From Crocinitomicaceae bacterium (GTDB lineage: Bacteria; Bacteroidota; Bacteroidia; Flavobacteriales_D; Crocinitomicaceae), in the NCBI GenBank assembly GCA_049239885.1, contig JBMLTP010000288.1, positions 1 through 32,385 of the forward strand: a stretch of 32,385 bases of DNA. The letters run 5' to 3'. The notes beneath the pieces were generated by a model, which searched no databases, was not told the DNA's origin, and was given only the letters and a program-made list of their open reading frames with translations. This document shows positions 6,973 through 15,596 of this stretch, in pieces; the stretch's first letter is position 1; each line of letters starts with the position of its first letter. The position numbers and the translations under genes were made by a program.

Positions 6973-9879
6973 ATGAAATTATTCTTTATAACATTAACTT
7001 TAATCATCTCTTCTTATTATTGCTTGTTTTCTCAAGTGTTAATCAATGAATATTCCTGTTCAAATATGACAGGTATTACAGATGCATATGGCGAACGAGA
7101 GGATTGGATAGAACTTTTCAATCCCACAGGGGCAGCGGTGGACCTTACGGGATGGTATTTATCAGACAAAGCCACAAATCTCACCAAATGGATGATTCCA
7201 AGTGGGTCAATCAACGCGAGTGGTTATAAAATGGTTTTTTGTTCCAAGAGAAATACAGTAAATGGGAACCAGTATCATCCGAATTTCAATCTATCTCAAA
7301 CCGAAGGAGATTGGATAATTCTATCTAACAATTTTGGGAATGTGGTCGACTCGTTCAAGATCGTTCACATGACGAAAGCAAATCATTCTGTTGGAAGATC
7401 AACAAATGGAGCGCCTGATTTTAAACTGTTTACTACACCAACGCCAAACGCTGCAAACACAGGAGCTATAAATTTTTATACACCAAAACCAGTTTTTAAC
7501 GTACAGGCCGGTTTTTATTCAACGCCACAAACCATTACTATTTCTTGTCCGGATGCTACAGCGGCAATTCGCTATACCTTAGACGGAAGTGATCCAACAG
7601 CAACATCAACCGTCTATTCAGGACCGATTACCATAAATACAACAAAAGTTCTTCGTGCTGCTGCTTTTGGCACAAACTTACCTTCATTTAGTGAAACAAA
7701 CACTTATTTTATTAATGTAACTCATAACATTCCGGTAGTTGCTGTTTGTGGTGCAGGATTAAATACCTTATTGATAAACGGTAATCAAATTGAACCGGTT
7801 GGAGGATTTGAGTTGTTTGAGGACAACGGTTTATTCATAGACGAAGGTCAAGGTGATTTTAACGAACATGGAAATGATTCTTGGGCATACGATCAAAGAG
7901 GTTTTGATTTCATTATGAGAGACCAATATGGCTACAACGGTGATTTGGAACATCAAATCTTCCCGGAAAGTACCCGAGATAATTTTCAACGACTAATTCT
8001 CAAACCTGCAGCAAGCGACAATTATTCATTTGAACAAGGAGCGCATATCAGAGATGCTTTTATTCATACTTTGAGCATTCGTGCAGACATGAAGTTAGAT
8101 GAGCGCACGTGGAGACCTTGTGTCGTTTACCTAAATAGTCAATATTGGGGAGTTTATGAAATACGAGAAAAAGCGGATGACCATGATTACACGGACTATT
8201 ACTATAATCAAAATAAATTCCATCTTGAATATTTAAAGACCTGGGGAGGAACTTGGGAAGAATATGGAGCTCCGAATGCACTTAATAATTGGAACGCTTT
8301 AAAAAATTATATAGCTACCAATAACATGGGGAATGCAACGAATTTCGCTTATGTCGACAGCCAATTGAATTGGGAATCGTTGTGCGACTACTTTATGTTT
8401 AATTCATTTGTCGTCAATCAGGATTGGCTTAATTGGAATACCGCTTGGTGGAGGGGAACAGATCCGCTTGGCGACAAAAAGAAATGGAGATACACTTTGT
8501 GGGATATGGACGCCACATTTGGTCATTATGTAAATTACACGGGAATACCAGATAATACAGCTAATGCAGACCCGTGTAATGTAGAAAATCTCCCAAATCC
8601 TGGAGGGCAAGGTCATACGGAAATACTCGAGAAATTGATTAATGAGAATCCAATTGTTGAGCAATATTATATCACGCGATATGCGGATTTAGCGAATACC
8701 TATTTTTCTTGCGACTATTTGATTCCACTATTAGATAGTATGGTCAACGAAATCGCACCTGAAATGACCGCTCAATGTCAAAAATGGGGAGGAAGCTACA
8801 CTGATTGGCAAAGTAAAGTCACACAACTAAGAAATTTCATCAATTCAAGATGCACAGCAATTACCGATGGGATGATTGATTGCTATCAGCTTTCAGGACC
8901 GTTCAATGTTACTTTTAATGTTTCGCCTCCATTATCGGGAGAAATAAAAGTTAATTCACAATGGGCTCCAAGCTACCCATGGACAACCTCTTATTTTGGA
9001 GGAATTCAAACCAACCTCATCGCTAAAGCATTACCAGGTTTTGTATTTGATCATTGGGAATATACGATTGGACCTATGGGAACGGCAATTACTGAGGATA
9101 CAAGCTTTATAAACATTACAGGAATAGAAAATATTACTGCCGTTTTTATTGTTGATGATCCCAATGCAGATACAGATGGAGATGGAGTCACCAACAACAA
9201 TGAAAACACGAATGGCTCTGACCCATTGAACCCGTGCGACCCTTTCCCAGATGCCGGCCCTTGCGACCAGGATGGAGATGGTCTAACTAATACTGAGGAA
9301 ACTTCAGAGGGAACAAATCCTGTTAATCCAGACACGGATGGAGATGGAATAATTGATGGGACAGAAATTAGCGGTGGATCAGACCCACTGAATCCATGTG
9401 ATCCGGACGATTCAAGCGCCGATTGCCAAATTGATACGGATAGTGACGGTCTGAGCGACGCACAAGAAAATACGCTTTGTTCATCTCCTACAATTGCTGA
9501 TACTGATGGTGATGGAATTAACGATGGCGCAGAAGTAGCTAATGGCAGTAATCCTTGTGATCCTTGTAGTCCGGATAATTCTTCACCTGATTGCACAGTT
9601 GGAATTCACATTCCTAATGCATTTTCTCCAAATGGAACAGGCAACCCTGAAAATGACGTCTACCAAATCATCGTTGGAAAAAATATTGCGCGCATAAATT
9701 TCAAAATTTTCGACCGTTGGGGTAATCTCTTATTTCAATCCGATAAAAAAGACTTCAAATGGGATGGAAGCTACAAATCGAAACCATGCAACAGCGGAGT
9801 TTACGCATATATTGTTGAAGTATCCTATGTAGACGGATTGGATGAGATTCTTTCAGGAAACATAACTTTATTGAGATAA
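6973..9879 (+). CDS. Secreted CotH-family protein: lamin-tail domain, chitobiase-C-like domain, CotH, TSP3 calcium-binding repeats and T9SS type B C-terminal domain
   Basis: Signal peptide [24 protein letters not shown]-like block VLINEYS...[23 protein letters not shown]. Chitobiase-C-like block [24 protein letters not shown] CotH-like core includes [15 protein letters not shown] and [13 protein letters not shown]. Five DxDxDG repeats follow. The C-terminal IPNAFSPNG...[12 protein letters not shown] matches the gliding-motility-associated type B CTD. Confidence 0.85.
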   Translation: MKLFFITLTLIISSYYCLFSQVLINEYSCSNMTGITDAYGEREDWIELFNPTGAAVDLTGWYLSDKATNLTKWMIPSGSINASGYKMVFCSKRNTVNGNQYHPNFNLSQTEGDWIILSNNFGNVVDSFKIVHMTKANHSVGRSTNGAPDFKLFTTPTPNAANTGAINFYTPKPVFNVQAGFYSTPQTITISCPDATAAIRYTLDGSDPTATSTVYSGPITINTTKVLRAAAFGTNLPSFSETNTYFINVTHNIPVVAVCGAGLNTLLINGNQIEPVGGFELFEDNGLFIDEGQGDFNEHGNDSWAYDQRGFDFIMRDQYGYNGDLEHQIFPESTRDNFQRLILKPAASDNYSFEQGAHIRDAFIHTLSIRADMKLDERTWRPCVVYLNSQYWGVYEIREKADDHDYTDYYYNQNKFHLEYLKTWGGTWEEYGAPNALNNWNALKNYIATNNMGNATNFAYVDSQLNWESLCDYFMFNSFVVNQDWLNWNTAWWRGTDPLGDKKKWRYTLWDMDATFGHYVNYTGIPDNTANADPCNVENLPNPGGQGHTEILEKLINENPIVEQYYITRYADLANTYFSCDYLIPLLDSMVNEIAPEMTAQCQKWGGSYTDWQSKVTQLRNFINSRCTAITDGMIDCYQLSGPFNVTFNVSPPLSGEIKVNSQWAPSYPWTTSYFGGIQTNLIAKALPGFVFDHWEYTIGPMGTAITEDTSFINITGIENITAVFIVDDPNADTDGDGVTNNNENTNGSDPLNPCDPFPDAGPCDQDGDGLTNTEETSEGTNPVNPDTDGDGIIDGTEISGGSDPLNPCDPDDSSADCQIDTDSDGLSDAQENTLCSSPTIADTDGDGINDGAEVANGSNPCDPCSPDNSSPDCTVGIHIPNAFSPNGTGNPENDVYQIIVGKNIARINFKIFDRWGNLLFQSDKKDFKWDGSYKSKPCNSGVYAYIVEVSYVDGLDEILSGNITLLR
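9157..9600 (+). repeat. In-frame coding repeat array: five thrombospondin-type-3-like DxDxDG calcium loops interleaved with [10 protein letters not shown] Cys-rich linkers
   Basis: The calcium loops read DTDGDG, DQDGDG, DTDGDG, DTDSDG and DTDGDG. The linker GS[DN]P(LN)PCDP occurs three times. The segment is locally GC-richer than its surroundings. Confidence 0.8.
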
Positions 9880-9883
9880 GGTA

Positions 9884-10906
9884 ATGAAACGGATCCATCT
9901 GCTCTTTCTAATTTTATGTGCAAATGCATTTGGTCAGGACTTACATTTGTCTCAAATTGATCAAACGCTTCCGATTATCAATCCATCACTTACTTCAAAC
10001 TTCAATGGATTCGAAAAATTTAGTATTCAGCACCGTAATCAATGGTTAGGAGCTGGAACACAATTCATGACCTCATATGGCCTAGCAGAATTTTCAATTG
10101 GAAAGACAAGACAAATGAACAAAGCCTATGCAGGAGTTGGCGTGTATTTCATTAATGATGTTGGGGGCGATTCAAAAATTTCATTGAAAACTGGTGGAAT
10201 AAACTTAAGCGGTAATTTACCAATATCGAACAATCAATGGATTTCAGCTGGAATACAAACATCATTTAATAATCGATCAGCTGATCTCTCCAATCTGCTT
10301 TTTTACTCACAATGGAATGGAACGAATTTGGACGGAAGTATTCCATCTGGAGAAGAAAACCAATTTAATTCTTTCTCTTATTTGGACGCCGGTGCCGGAA
10401 TTTCATATAATTACAGACCCGCACAAACCTCAACATTTGGTCACAGTGAAACCGCTTTTCAAATGGGACTTTCGCTTTCGCATGTCAATCGACCCAATCA
10501 GCGCTTTAATTCTTTTACCGAGGACCGTCTGTATGCAAAACTTTGCGTTCATGCTAACTTTAAATATGGAATAAGTGATGTCTCAGCGCTTGAATTTAGC
10601 GCGGTTCAATTTTTTCAGGGTAAACATAAAGAAACGAATATCGGTATTTTCATTCGCAATAGACTAAAAGAGTCCTCTCGAATTACAAGTCTAGTCAATG
10701 GACAACATGTAACTTTAGGAACCTATTTTAGGGTTTCAGGAGCTTTGACACCTTATGCAGCAATTGATCTTGGACCAATTAAAGTGGGTCTATCTTACGA
10801 TTACGAATTAGGAAAAGTATCACGCGCATACAATCACTCCATTGAATTCTTTATGAGTTATATGCTTTCGAAAAGTTCAATTTTCAAATCGAAGAAGCTT
10901 CGTTAA
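9884..10906 (+). CDS. PorP/SprF-family type IX secretion membrane protein
   Basis: Signal peptide, then the QDLHLSQIDQTLPIINPSLT N-terminus typical of PorP/SprF. It starts 4 nt after the type B CTD cargo gene. Confidence 0.8.
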   Translation: MKRIHLLFLILCANAFGQDLHLSQIDQTLPIINPSLTSNFNGFEKFSIQHRNQWLGAGTQFMTSYGLAEFSIGKTRQMNKAYAGVGVYFINDVGGDSKISLKTGGINLSGNLPISNNQWISAGIQTSFNNRSADLSNLLFYSQWNGTNLDGSIPSGEENQFNSFSYLDAGAGISYNYRPAQTSTFGHSETAFQMGLSLSHVNRPNQRFNSFTEDRLYAKLCVHANFKYGISDVSALEFSAVQFFQGKHKETNIGIFIRNRLKESSRITSLVNGQHVTLGTYFRVSGALTPYAAIDLGPIKVGLSYDYELGKVSRAYNHSIEFFMSYMLSKSSIFKSKKLR

Positions 10907-12410
10907 GAAATCGGAGCCATTTTTCAGATTGGGCTTTATTCAACACACGCGGCATTTTGTTTTGTGCGCCTATTTTACCTAAGGATTCCAAAAAATCATA
11001 AAACTTCTGAGCTGGTAGAAAGTTGAAATTCGGGGTTTGTAAATTGTATTTGCGAACGTAAGCATAATCGTCATTCAAAGCGGAAAGTTTTTCGTCCATT
11101 AATTTCGTGAACAATTTCTCATCGCACGCATTCTGTGAACCAATATACCATTGGTGCTGACTATTTTCAGCATCAGCGTAAATCGTATACTCCGAGATTC
11201 CTACTTTCATTTCTTTGGAGACAGCCAATAAGGCTTGATTGATATTATCCAATGACAAATGTTCGCCACAGAGACTTAGAAATTGTTTGATTCTTCCCGT
11301 AATTTTAATTTCATACGTTTCCACATTGGTAAATCGAACCAAATCGCCAATCAGATATCGCCAAAGACCAGCATTCGTTGAAATCAACAAGGCATAATCA
11401 ACACCTTCTTTCACTTGACTAATTGTAAAAGCCTCGTGCTGATTTATGAGCTCACCATTTTCGTCAAAATAATTGGAATTGAAAGGCACAAACTCAAAAA
11501 AGATCCCGTTGTTCAACAATAATTTCATCCCACTTGTGTGGAGAGAAGTTTGATATGCGAAATAACCTTCACTTGCCAAATACGTGTCTAACAAATTGAT
11601 TTTTTTACCGCTAACCTTATTTAAACGCTCAACATATGGTTCCATGAAAACACCTCCATGAACATAAACCTCCAAATTCGGCCACATTTCATGAATGTTT
11701 TTGAGATTATAATGTTCAACGATTCGTTCCATCAATAAAATACACCAGCTCGGAATTCCTGCAATGATTCCAATATTCCATTTCGGAGCTTTTTCAATTA
11801 TCAATTTCAATTTTTCATTCCAGTCCTTGATTACCGTTATACGATTTCCAGGTTTTGTAAAAGGCGTAACGATTAATGACGTATGTTTTTTTAAAATCCC
11901 GCTTAAATCACCTTCAATGTGCTTGCCTTTTTTCGTCAACTTAGTAGAGCCTCCAACTGTAAGTACACTCGCACTGTAAAAATTCTCAGACAAATGCAAC
12001 TCATGAAGGATAGATAATTGACGCATGCTTGTGCGTTGAAACGAGCGAATCATTTCTAGCGTTACAGGTATACGTTTACTCGGCGAACCTGTTGTACCAG
12101 AAGAAAGTGCAAAATACTTTATTTTACCCTTCCAAGTATGGTCTTTAGCGCCTTCAATTGTCTCTTTTAACCACTTCTCATAAAAATCCTCATAACTCCA
12201 AATAGGAACATTTTTCTGAAAATGTGATACCATATCGGGCTTTTGAACAAAATCATGAAATGAATGATATAAACCAAATTTAGTATTTTTGGCCGTCTCT
12301 AAAAGTGATCGCAGACTTTCTAGCTGATGTCCATATTCAATGCCTTTTTTGGCGTTTCTGCGGTAACTTATTTCTGTAGTTTTTTTTATGAGTTTTCCAA
12401 TTATCGCCAT
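10884..12410 (-). CDS. GH3-family adenylate-forming (acyl acid-amido synthetase-like) protein
   Basis: All three GH3/ANL-type motifs are present: LSSGTTGSPSKRIP, YLASEGYF and WRYLIGDLVRF. The length is about 500 aa, as in the Bacteroidota GH3 family. Confidence 0.85.
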   Translation of the reverse strand: MAIIGKLIKKTTEISYRRNAKKGIEYGHQLESLRSLLETAKNTKFGLYHSFHDFVQKPDMVSHFQKNVPIWSYEDFYEKWLKETIEGAKDHTWKGKIKYFALSSGTTGSPSKRIPVTLEMIRSFQRTSMRQLSILHELHLSENFYSASVLTVGGSTKLTKKGKHIEGDLSGILKKHTSLIVTPFTKPGNRITVIKDWNEKLKLIIEKAPKWNIGIIAGIPSWCILLMERIVEHYNLKNIHEMWPNLEVYVHGGVFMEPYVERLNKVSGKKINLLDTYLASEGYFAYQTSLHTSGMKLLLNNGIFFEFVPFNSNYFDENGELINQHEAFTISQVKEGVDYALLISTNAGLWRYLIGDLVRFTNVETYEIKITGRIKQFLSLCGEHLSLDNINQALLAVSKEMKVGISEYTIYADAENSQHQWYIGSQNACDEKLFTKLMDEKLSALNDDYAYVRKYNLQTPNFNFLPAQKFYDFLESLGKIGAQNKMPRVLNKAQSEKWLRFLNEASSI

Positions 12411-12500
12411 ATCGAGCTAAAAAACGAAGTTATTCAAAAAAATCGTTTTTAAATTAAAAAAATAAAAAGTATGAAAGAGGATTTATTGAGTTGATTATTA

Positions 12501-12508
12501 TAAATTTG
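12501..12508 (+). promoter_or_regulatory. -7 box TAAATTTG for the USP gene
   Basis: Exact TAnnTTTG match ending 14 nt before the ATG at 12523. Confidence 0.55.
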
Positions 12509-12522
12509 CAGAAACAAGTTTT

Positions 12523-13356
12523 ATGTCAAAAAAGGTTTTCATTGTTCCTCACGATTTTACATCAGTTGGGGATATCGCACTCGAACACGCAATAGCAACT
12601 GCTCGACCTCTTAACGCCGCTGTGCATTTGTTGCATGTTGTTTCAAAAGATGGTCAAATTAAAGAGGCTACAGAAAAATTAGAGTCAGTAATCGATCGTT
12701 ATGCATCTGAAGGAGTTGAAATAATTCCTGTTGTTCGCATCGGTAGCATCTTTGAAGATATAGGCGAATACGCTGCTGAACATTCAGCTGAATTGATTTT
12801 TATGGGGACTCATGGTGCTCATGGTTGGCAACACATTACGGGTAGCCACGCCTTGAAAGTTGTTACAAGTTCAAGTGTTCCATTTATCATTGTTCAAGAA
12901 AAGACTGTTAAGCCTACAGGATATGATTCCATCGTTGTGCCTATGGACTTGCACAAGGAAACCAAACAAAAACTTTCAATTGTAGCTAGTTTAGCAAAAT
13001 ATTTCAATTCAAAGGTTCACGTTGTAACCCCAGATGAATCTGATGAATATTTAAGACATCAAGTTAACTCGAATATCATTTTTTCTGAAAGATTCTTTAA
13101 AGAAAGAGGTGTAGAAATGACTTCAGCAATTGTCTCAAGTAGTGGGTTCGATAAAGAAGTGGTAAAATATGCTGTTAGTGTAGATGCTGATCTTATCGCT
13201 ATAATGAACTTGAATAGAAGTAGTTTTCTTAATGCGATTACAGCGAATTATGAGCAATATATCATTACGAATGATGCGCTAATCCCTTCGCTTATTCTGA
13301 ATCCGATTGATACAGCGAGCTCTAAAGGAGGTTCGTTTACCATGTTTTCTATTTAA
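12523..13356 (+). CDS. Universal stress protein, tandem Usp domains
   Basis: Two Usp-like halves (KVFIVPHDFTSVGDIALEHAIATARPLNAAVHLLHVV and YDSIVVPMDLHKETKQKL...KVHVVT). The length is 277 aa. Confidence 0.8.
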   Translation: MSKKVFIVPHDFTSVGDIALEHAIATARPLNAAVHLLHVVSKDGQIKEATEKLESVIDRYASEGVEIIPVVRIGSIFEDIGEYAAEHSAELIFMGTHGAHGWQHITGSHALKVVTSSSVPFIIVQEKTVKPTGYDSIVVPMDLHKETKQKLSIVASLAKYFNSKVHVVTPDESDEYLRHQVNSNIIFSERFFKERGVEMTSAIVSSSGFDKEVVKYAVSVDADLIAIMNLNRSSFLNAITANYEQYIITNDALIPSLILNPIDTASSKGGSFTMFSI

Positions 13357-13373
13357 AACGTTATATTTATTCG

Positions 13374-13396
13374 GCCCGCTTTGGCGGGCTTTTTTT
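13374..13396 (+). terminator. Rho-independent terminator
   Basis: GCCCGC-TTTG-GCGGGC followed by T7. It starts 18 nt after the USP stop codon. Confidence 0.85.
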
Positions 13397-13407
13397 GTTT
13401 ATAAGCT

Positions 13408-14412
13408 ATGTCTAAATTAACTACACTCAACGAATTTATTCTTACTAATCAAGCTGATTTTCCGTTTGCGACGGGCGAGCTTTCTCGACTTTTGAACGAT
13501 ATCGCAGTCGCATCAAAAATTGTTTCCAGAGATGTGAGAAAAGCTGGACTCGTTGACCATATCTTGGGTGCGCAGGGCAATCAAAACGTTCAAGGAGAGG
13601 ATCAACAGAAACTCGACGTTGTTGCCGATATCGCATTCATTAAAGCTTTCGAACAAGGAGGTGAAGTTTGTGGAATCGCTTCCGAGGAAAACGACGACTT
13701 TGTAGCTTTCAAATCAGAGCAAGCCAAAAACGGAAAATACGTTGTGCTTTTTGATCCGCTGGATGGCTCAAGTAATATTGACGTAAACGTTTCTATTGGA
13801 ACAATTTTTTCCATCTATCGTCGCATTTCACCGATTGGAACCGAAGCAACTTTAGAAGATATGCTTCAACCAGGAACGGAACAAGTTGCCGCGGGCTATG
13901 TGCTTTATGGCTCATCAACGATGTTGGTTTACACCACTGGAAAAGGAGTGAACGGATTTACACTCGATCCTTCGATTGGTGAGTTTTGTTTATCTCATGC
14001 GAATATGAAAATGCCTGAAATCGGTCGAATTTACGCGATGAACGAAGGAAACATTTTCGAATGTGAGGAAGGTTTGCGAAAATACATCAATTACTGTCAA
14101 AGTCGTGAAAACCAAACAGGAATGCCTTACTCGGGAAGATATATCGGATCTCTTGTGGCTGATTTTCACAGAAACCTCATCAAAGGTGGCATTTACATCT
14201 ACCCAGACGTGTTGAGTGCTCCCGAAGGCAAATTACGCCTCTTATACGAGTGCAACCCATTAGCATTTATCGCCGAACAAGCTGGCGGACTTGCTACTAC
14301 TGGTCGGAAACGAATTTTGGAAATCAAACCGGAACGTTTGCATCAACGCGTTCCATATTACGTGGGTTCAAAATTGATGGTGGAGAAAGTGATGGGATTG
14401 CTGAAAAATTGA
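13408..14412 (+). CDS. fbp: Fructose-1,6-bisphosphatase, class 1
   Basis: Full-length match by eye to class 1 FBPase, including LNEFI...TGELS.LL..I..A.K.....[40 protein letters not shown] and [16 protein letters not shown]. Confidence 0.95.
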   Translation: MSKLTTLNEFILTNQADFPFATGELSRLLNDIAVASKIVSRDVRKAGLVDHILGAQGNQNVQGEDQQKLDVVADIAFIKAFEQGGEVCGIASEENDDFVAFKSEQAKNGKYVVLFDPLDGSSNIDVNVSIGTIFSIYRRISPIGTEATLEDMLQPGTEQVAAGYVLYGSSTMLVYTTGKGVNGFTLDPSIGEFCLSHANMKMPEIGRIYAMNEGNIFECEEGLRKYINYCQSRENQTGMPYSGRYIGSLVADFHRNLIKGGIYIYPDVLSAPEGKLRLLYECNPLAFIAEQAGGLATTGRKRILEIKPERLHQRVPYYVGSKLMVEKVMGLLKN

Positions 14413-14435
14413 TTAATATATTCGTAAAATAACGT

Positions 14436-14443
14436 TAAATTTA
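14436..14443 (+). promoter_or_regulatory. Near-consensus -7 box (TAAATTTA) upstream of the ATPase/nuclease pair
   Basis: One mismatch (final G to A). It ends 22 nt before the ATG at 14466. Confidence 0.3.
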
Positions 14444-14465
14444 GCGATATTAATCCATCGCGAAT

Positions 14466-15596
14466 ATGAAACGTGTTTATGAAGATTCATTCAAAAGTCA
14501 GCTGCAAAGCAACCGAATTTTATTGCTTTCAGGACCACCAAAAGTTGGAAAGGTCGCTTTTATTGAGAAGTGTTTGGAAGAGCTAGAACTCAAGTTCGAA
14601 ACGATCGATTTTCGAAATGATAAAATCAGGAAAAAGTTCGATAAATTAACTTCAGATGAATTGCGTTGGTATTTTAACCAGCATCCGTTTTTTGTTTTAG
14701 GCGACGCTCAATTATTCGATTCACTGCAAGTTCTATTGGATGATGTTCTGACAGAAAATATCAAATCTACTTTTATTCTTAGTTGCGCTTTCGAGCCACC
14801 GATTGTTCACGAACTCAAAGAAGCACTCAAATGGGAGGGATTGGAATTTTACTTTCCAGCGAAAACCTATTATGAATTGACTCAAGAGTTTGGAATGGTT
14901 ACCGAAGAGCAACGGATCGAACAAAGACTCATTTTTGGATCGTATCCGCTATTAGCTGACTTACCTGAAAATGGTTCAGAACTGTTGACGCAAATCACCG
15001 ATGAAATCATGGCATCAACCAAACTTGGGGCTGATGACCGCGTGAATAAAAAAGAGGCAATGATTCGCATACTGCAAACTGCTGCTCACCTCATCGGACA
15101 GCCAATCTCTTACAACCAAATTGCTGAACGCGCGGGCGTAGATAATGAAACTGCCGAACGTTACCTGAAATTATTCGAAAAAGCGCATTTGCTCTTCCTA
15201 TTACCAAGTTTTCATTCAGAGCAGAAATATGAGCTAAAAAAAACGCATTTGATTTATTTTACTGATAATGGTATTCGAAACGGAATCATCCGCAACTTCA
15301 ATCCGCTCAATATGCGAATGGACGAAGACTTGCTTTGGAAAAACTGGCTAATTTCAGAACGTATCAAATGGAATCGAATCAATGGTAAAAAAAGCGACTA
15401 TTTCTTTTGGCGAAGTCACACGCGGCAGCAACTCGATTTTATTGAAATGCAAGAGAATTCTAAACAAGCCTATAAATTTTCGCTGGAAAAGAAAAAGATA
15501 CTCAAAGAATCCCCGTTATTTAAATCTTACTACCCCGATGTTATATTTAAGACCGTTAATCGTTCTACTTATCTCACGTTTTTAACAAGAAAATAA
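14466..15596 (+). CDS. AAA_14/DUF4143-type ATPase-like protein with degenerate nucleotide-binding motifs
   Basis: The C-terminal two-thirds shows family-typical blocks (GSYP, YLKLFEKAHLLFLLPSF, IYFTDNGIRN, YFFWRSHTRQQLDFIE). Walker A reads GPPKVGKV, and the Walker B position reads FFVLGDAQ. Confidence 0.7.
   Translation: MKRVYEDSFKSQLQSNRILLLSGPPKVGKVAFIEKCLEELELKFETIDFRNDKIRKKFDKLTSDELRWYFNQHPFFVLGDAQLFDSLQVLLDDVLTENIKSTFILSCAFEPPIVHELKEALKWEGLEFYFPAKTYYELTQEFGMVTEEQRIEQRLIFGSYPLLADLPENGSELLTQITDEIMASTKLGADDRVNKKEAMIRILQTAAHLIGQPISYNQIAERAGVDNETAERYLKLFEKAHLLFLLPSFHSEQKYELKKTHLIYFTDNGIRNGIIRNFNPLNMRMDEDLLWKNWLISERIKWNRINGKKSDYFFWRSHTRQQLDFIEMQENSKQAYKFSLEKKKILKESPLFKSYYPDVIFKTVNRSTYLTFLTRK

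Noticed and set aside
9051-9596. 181-aa minus-strand ORF
   Set aside because: It lies entirely inside the CotH-family CDS, opposite the GC-rich DxDxDG repeat array. Its S/P/G-rich low-complexity translation is the mirror image of those repeats, and there is no promoter box or independent signal.
14444-14461. GCGAT...ATCGC hairpin after fbp as a terminator
   Set aside because: The stem is only 5 bp with no U-tract, and it lies between a -7-like box and the next ATG.
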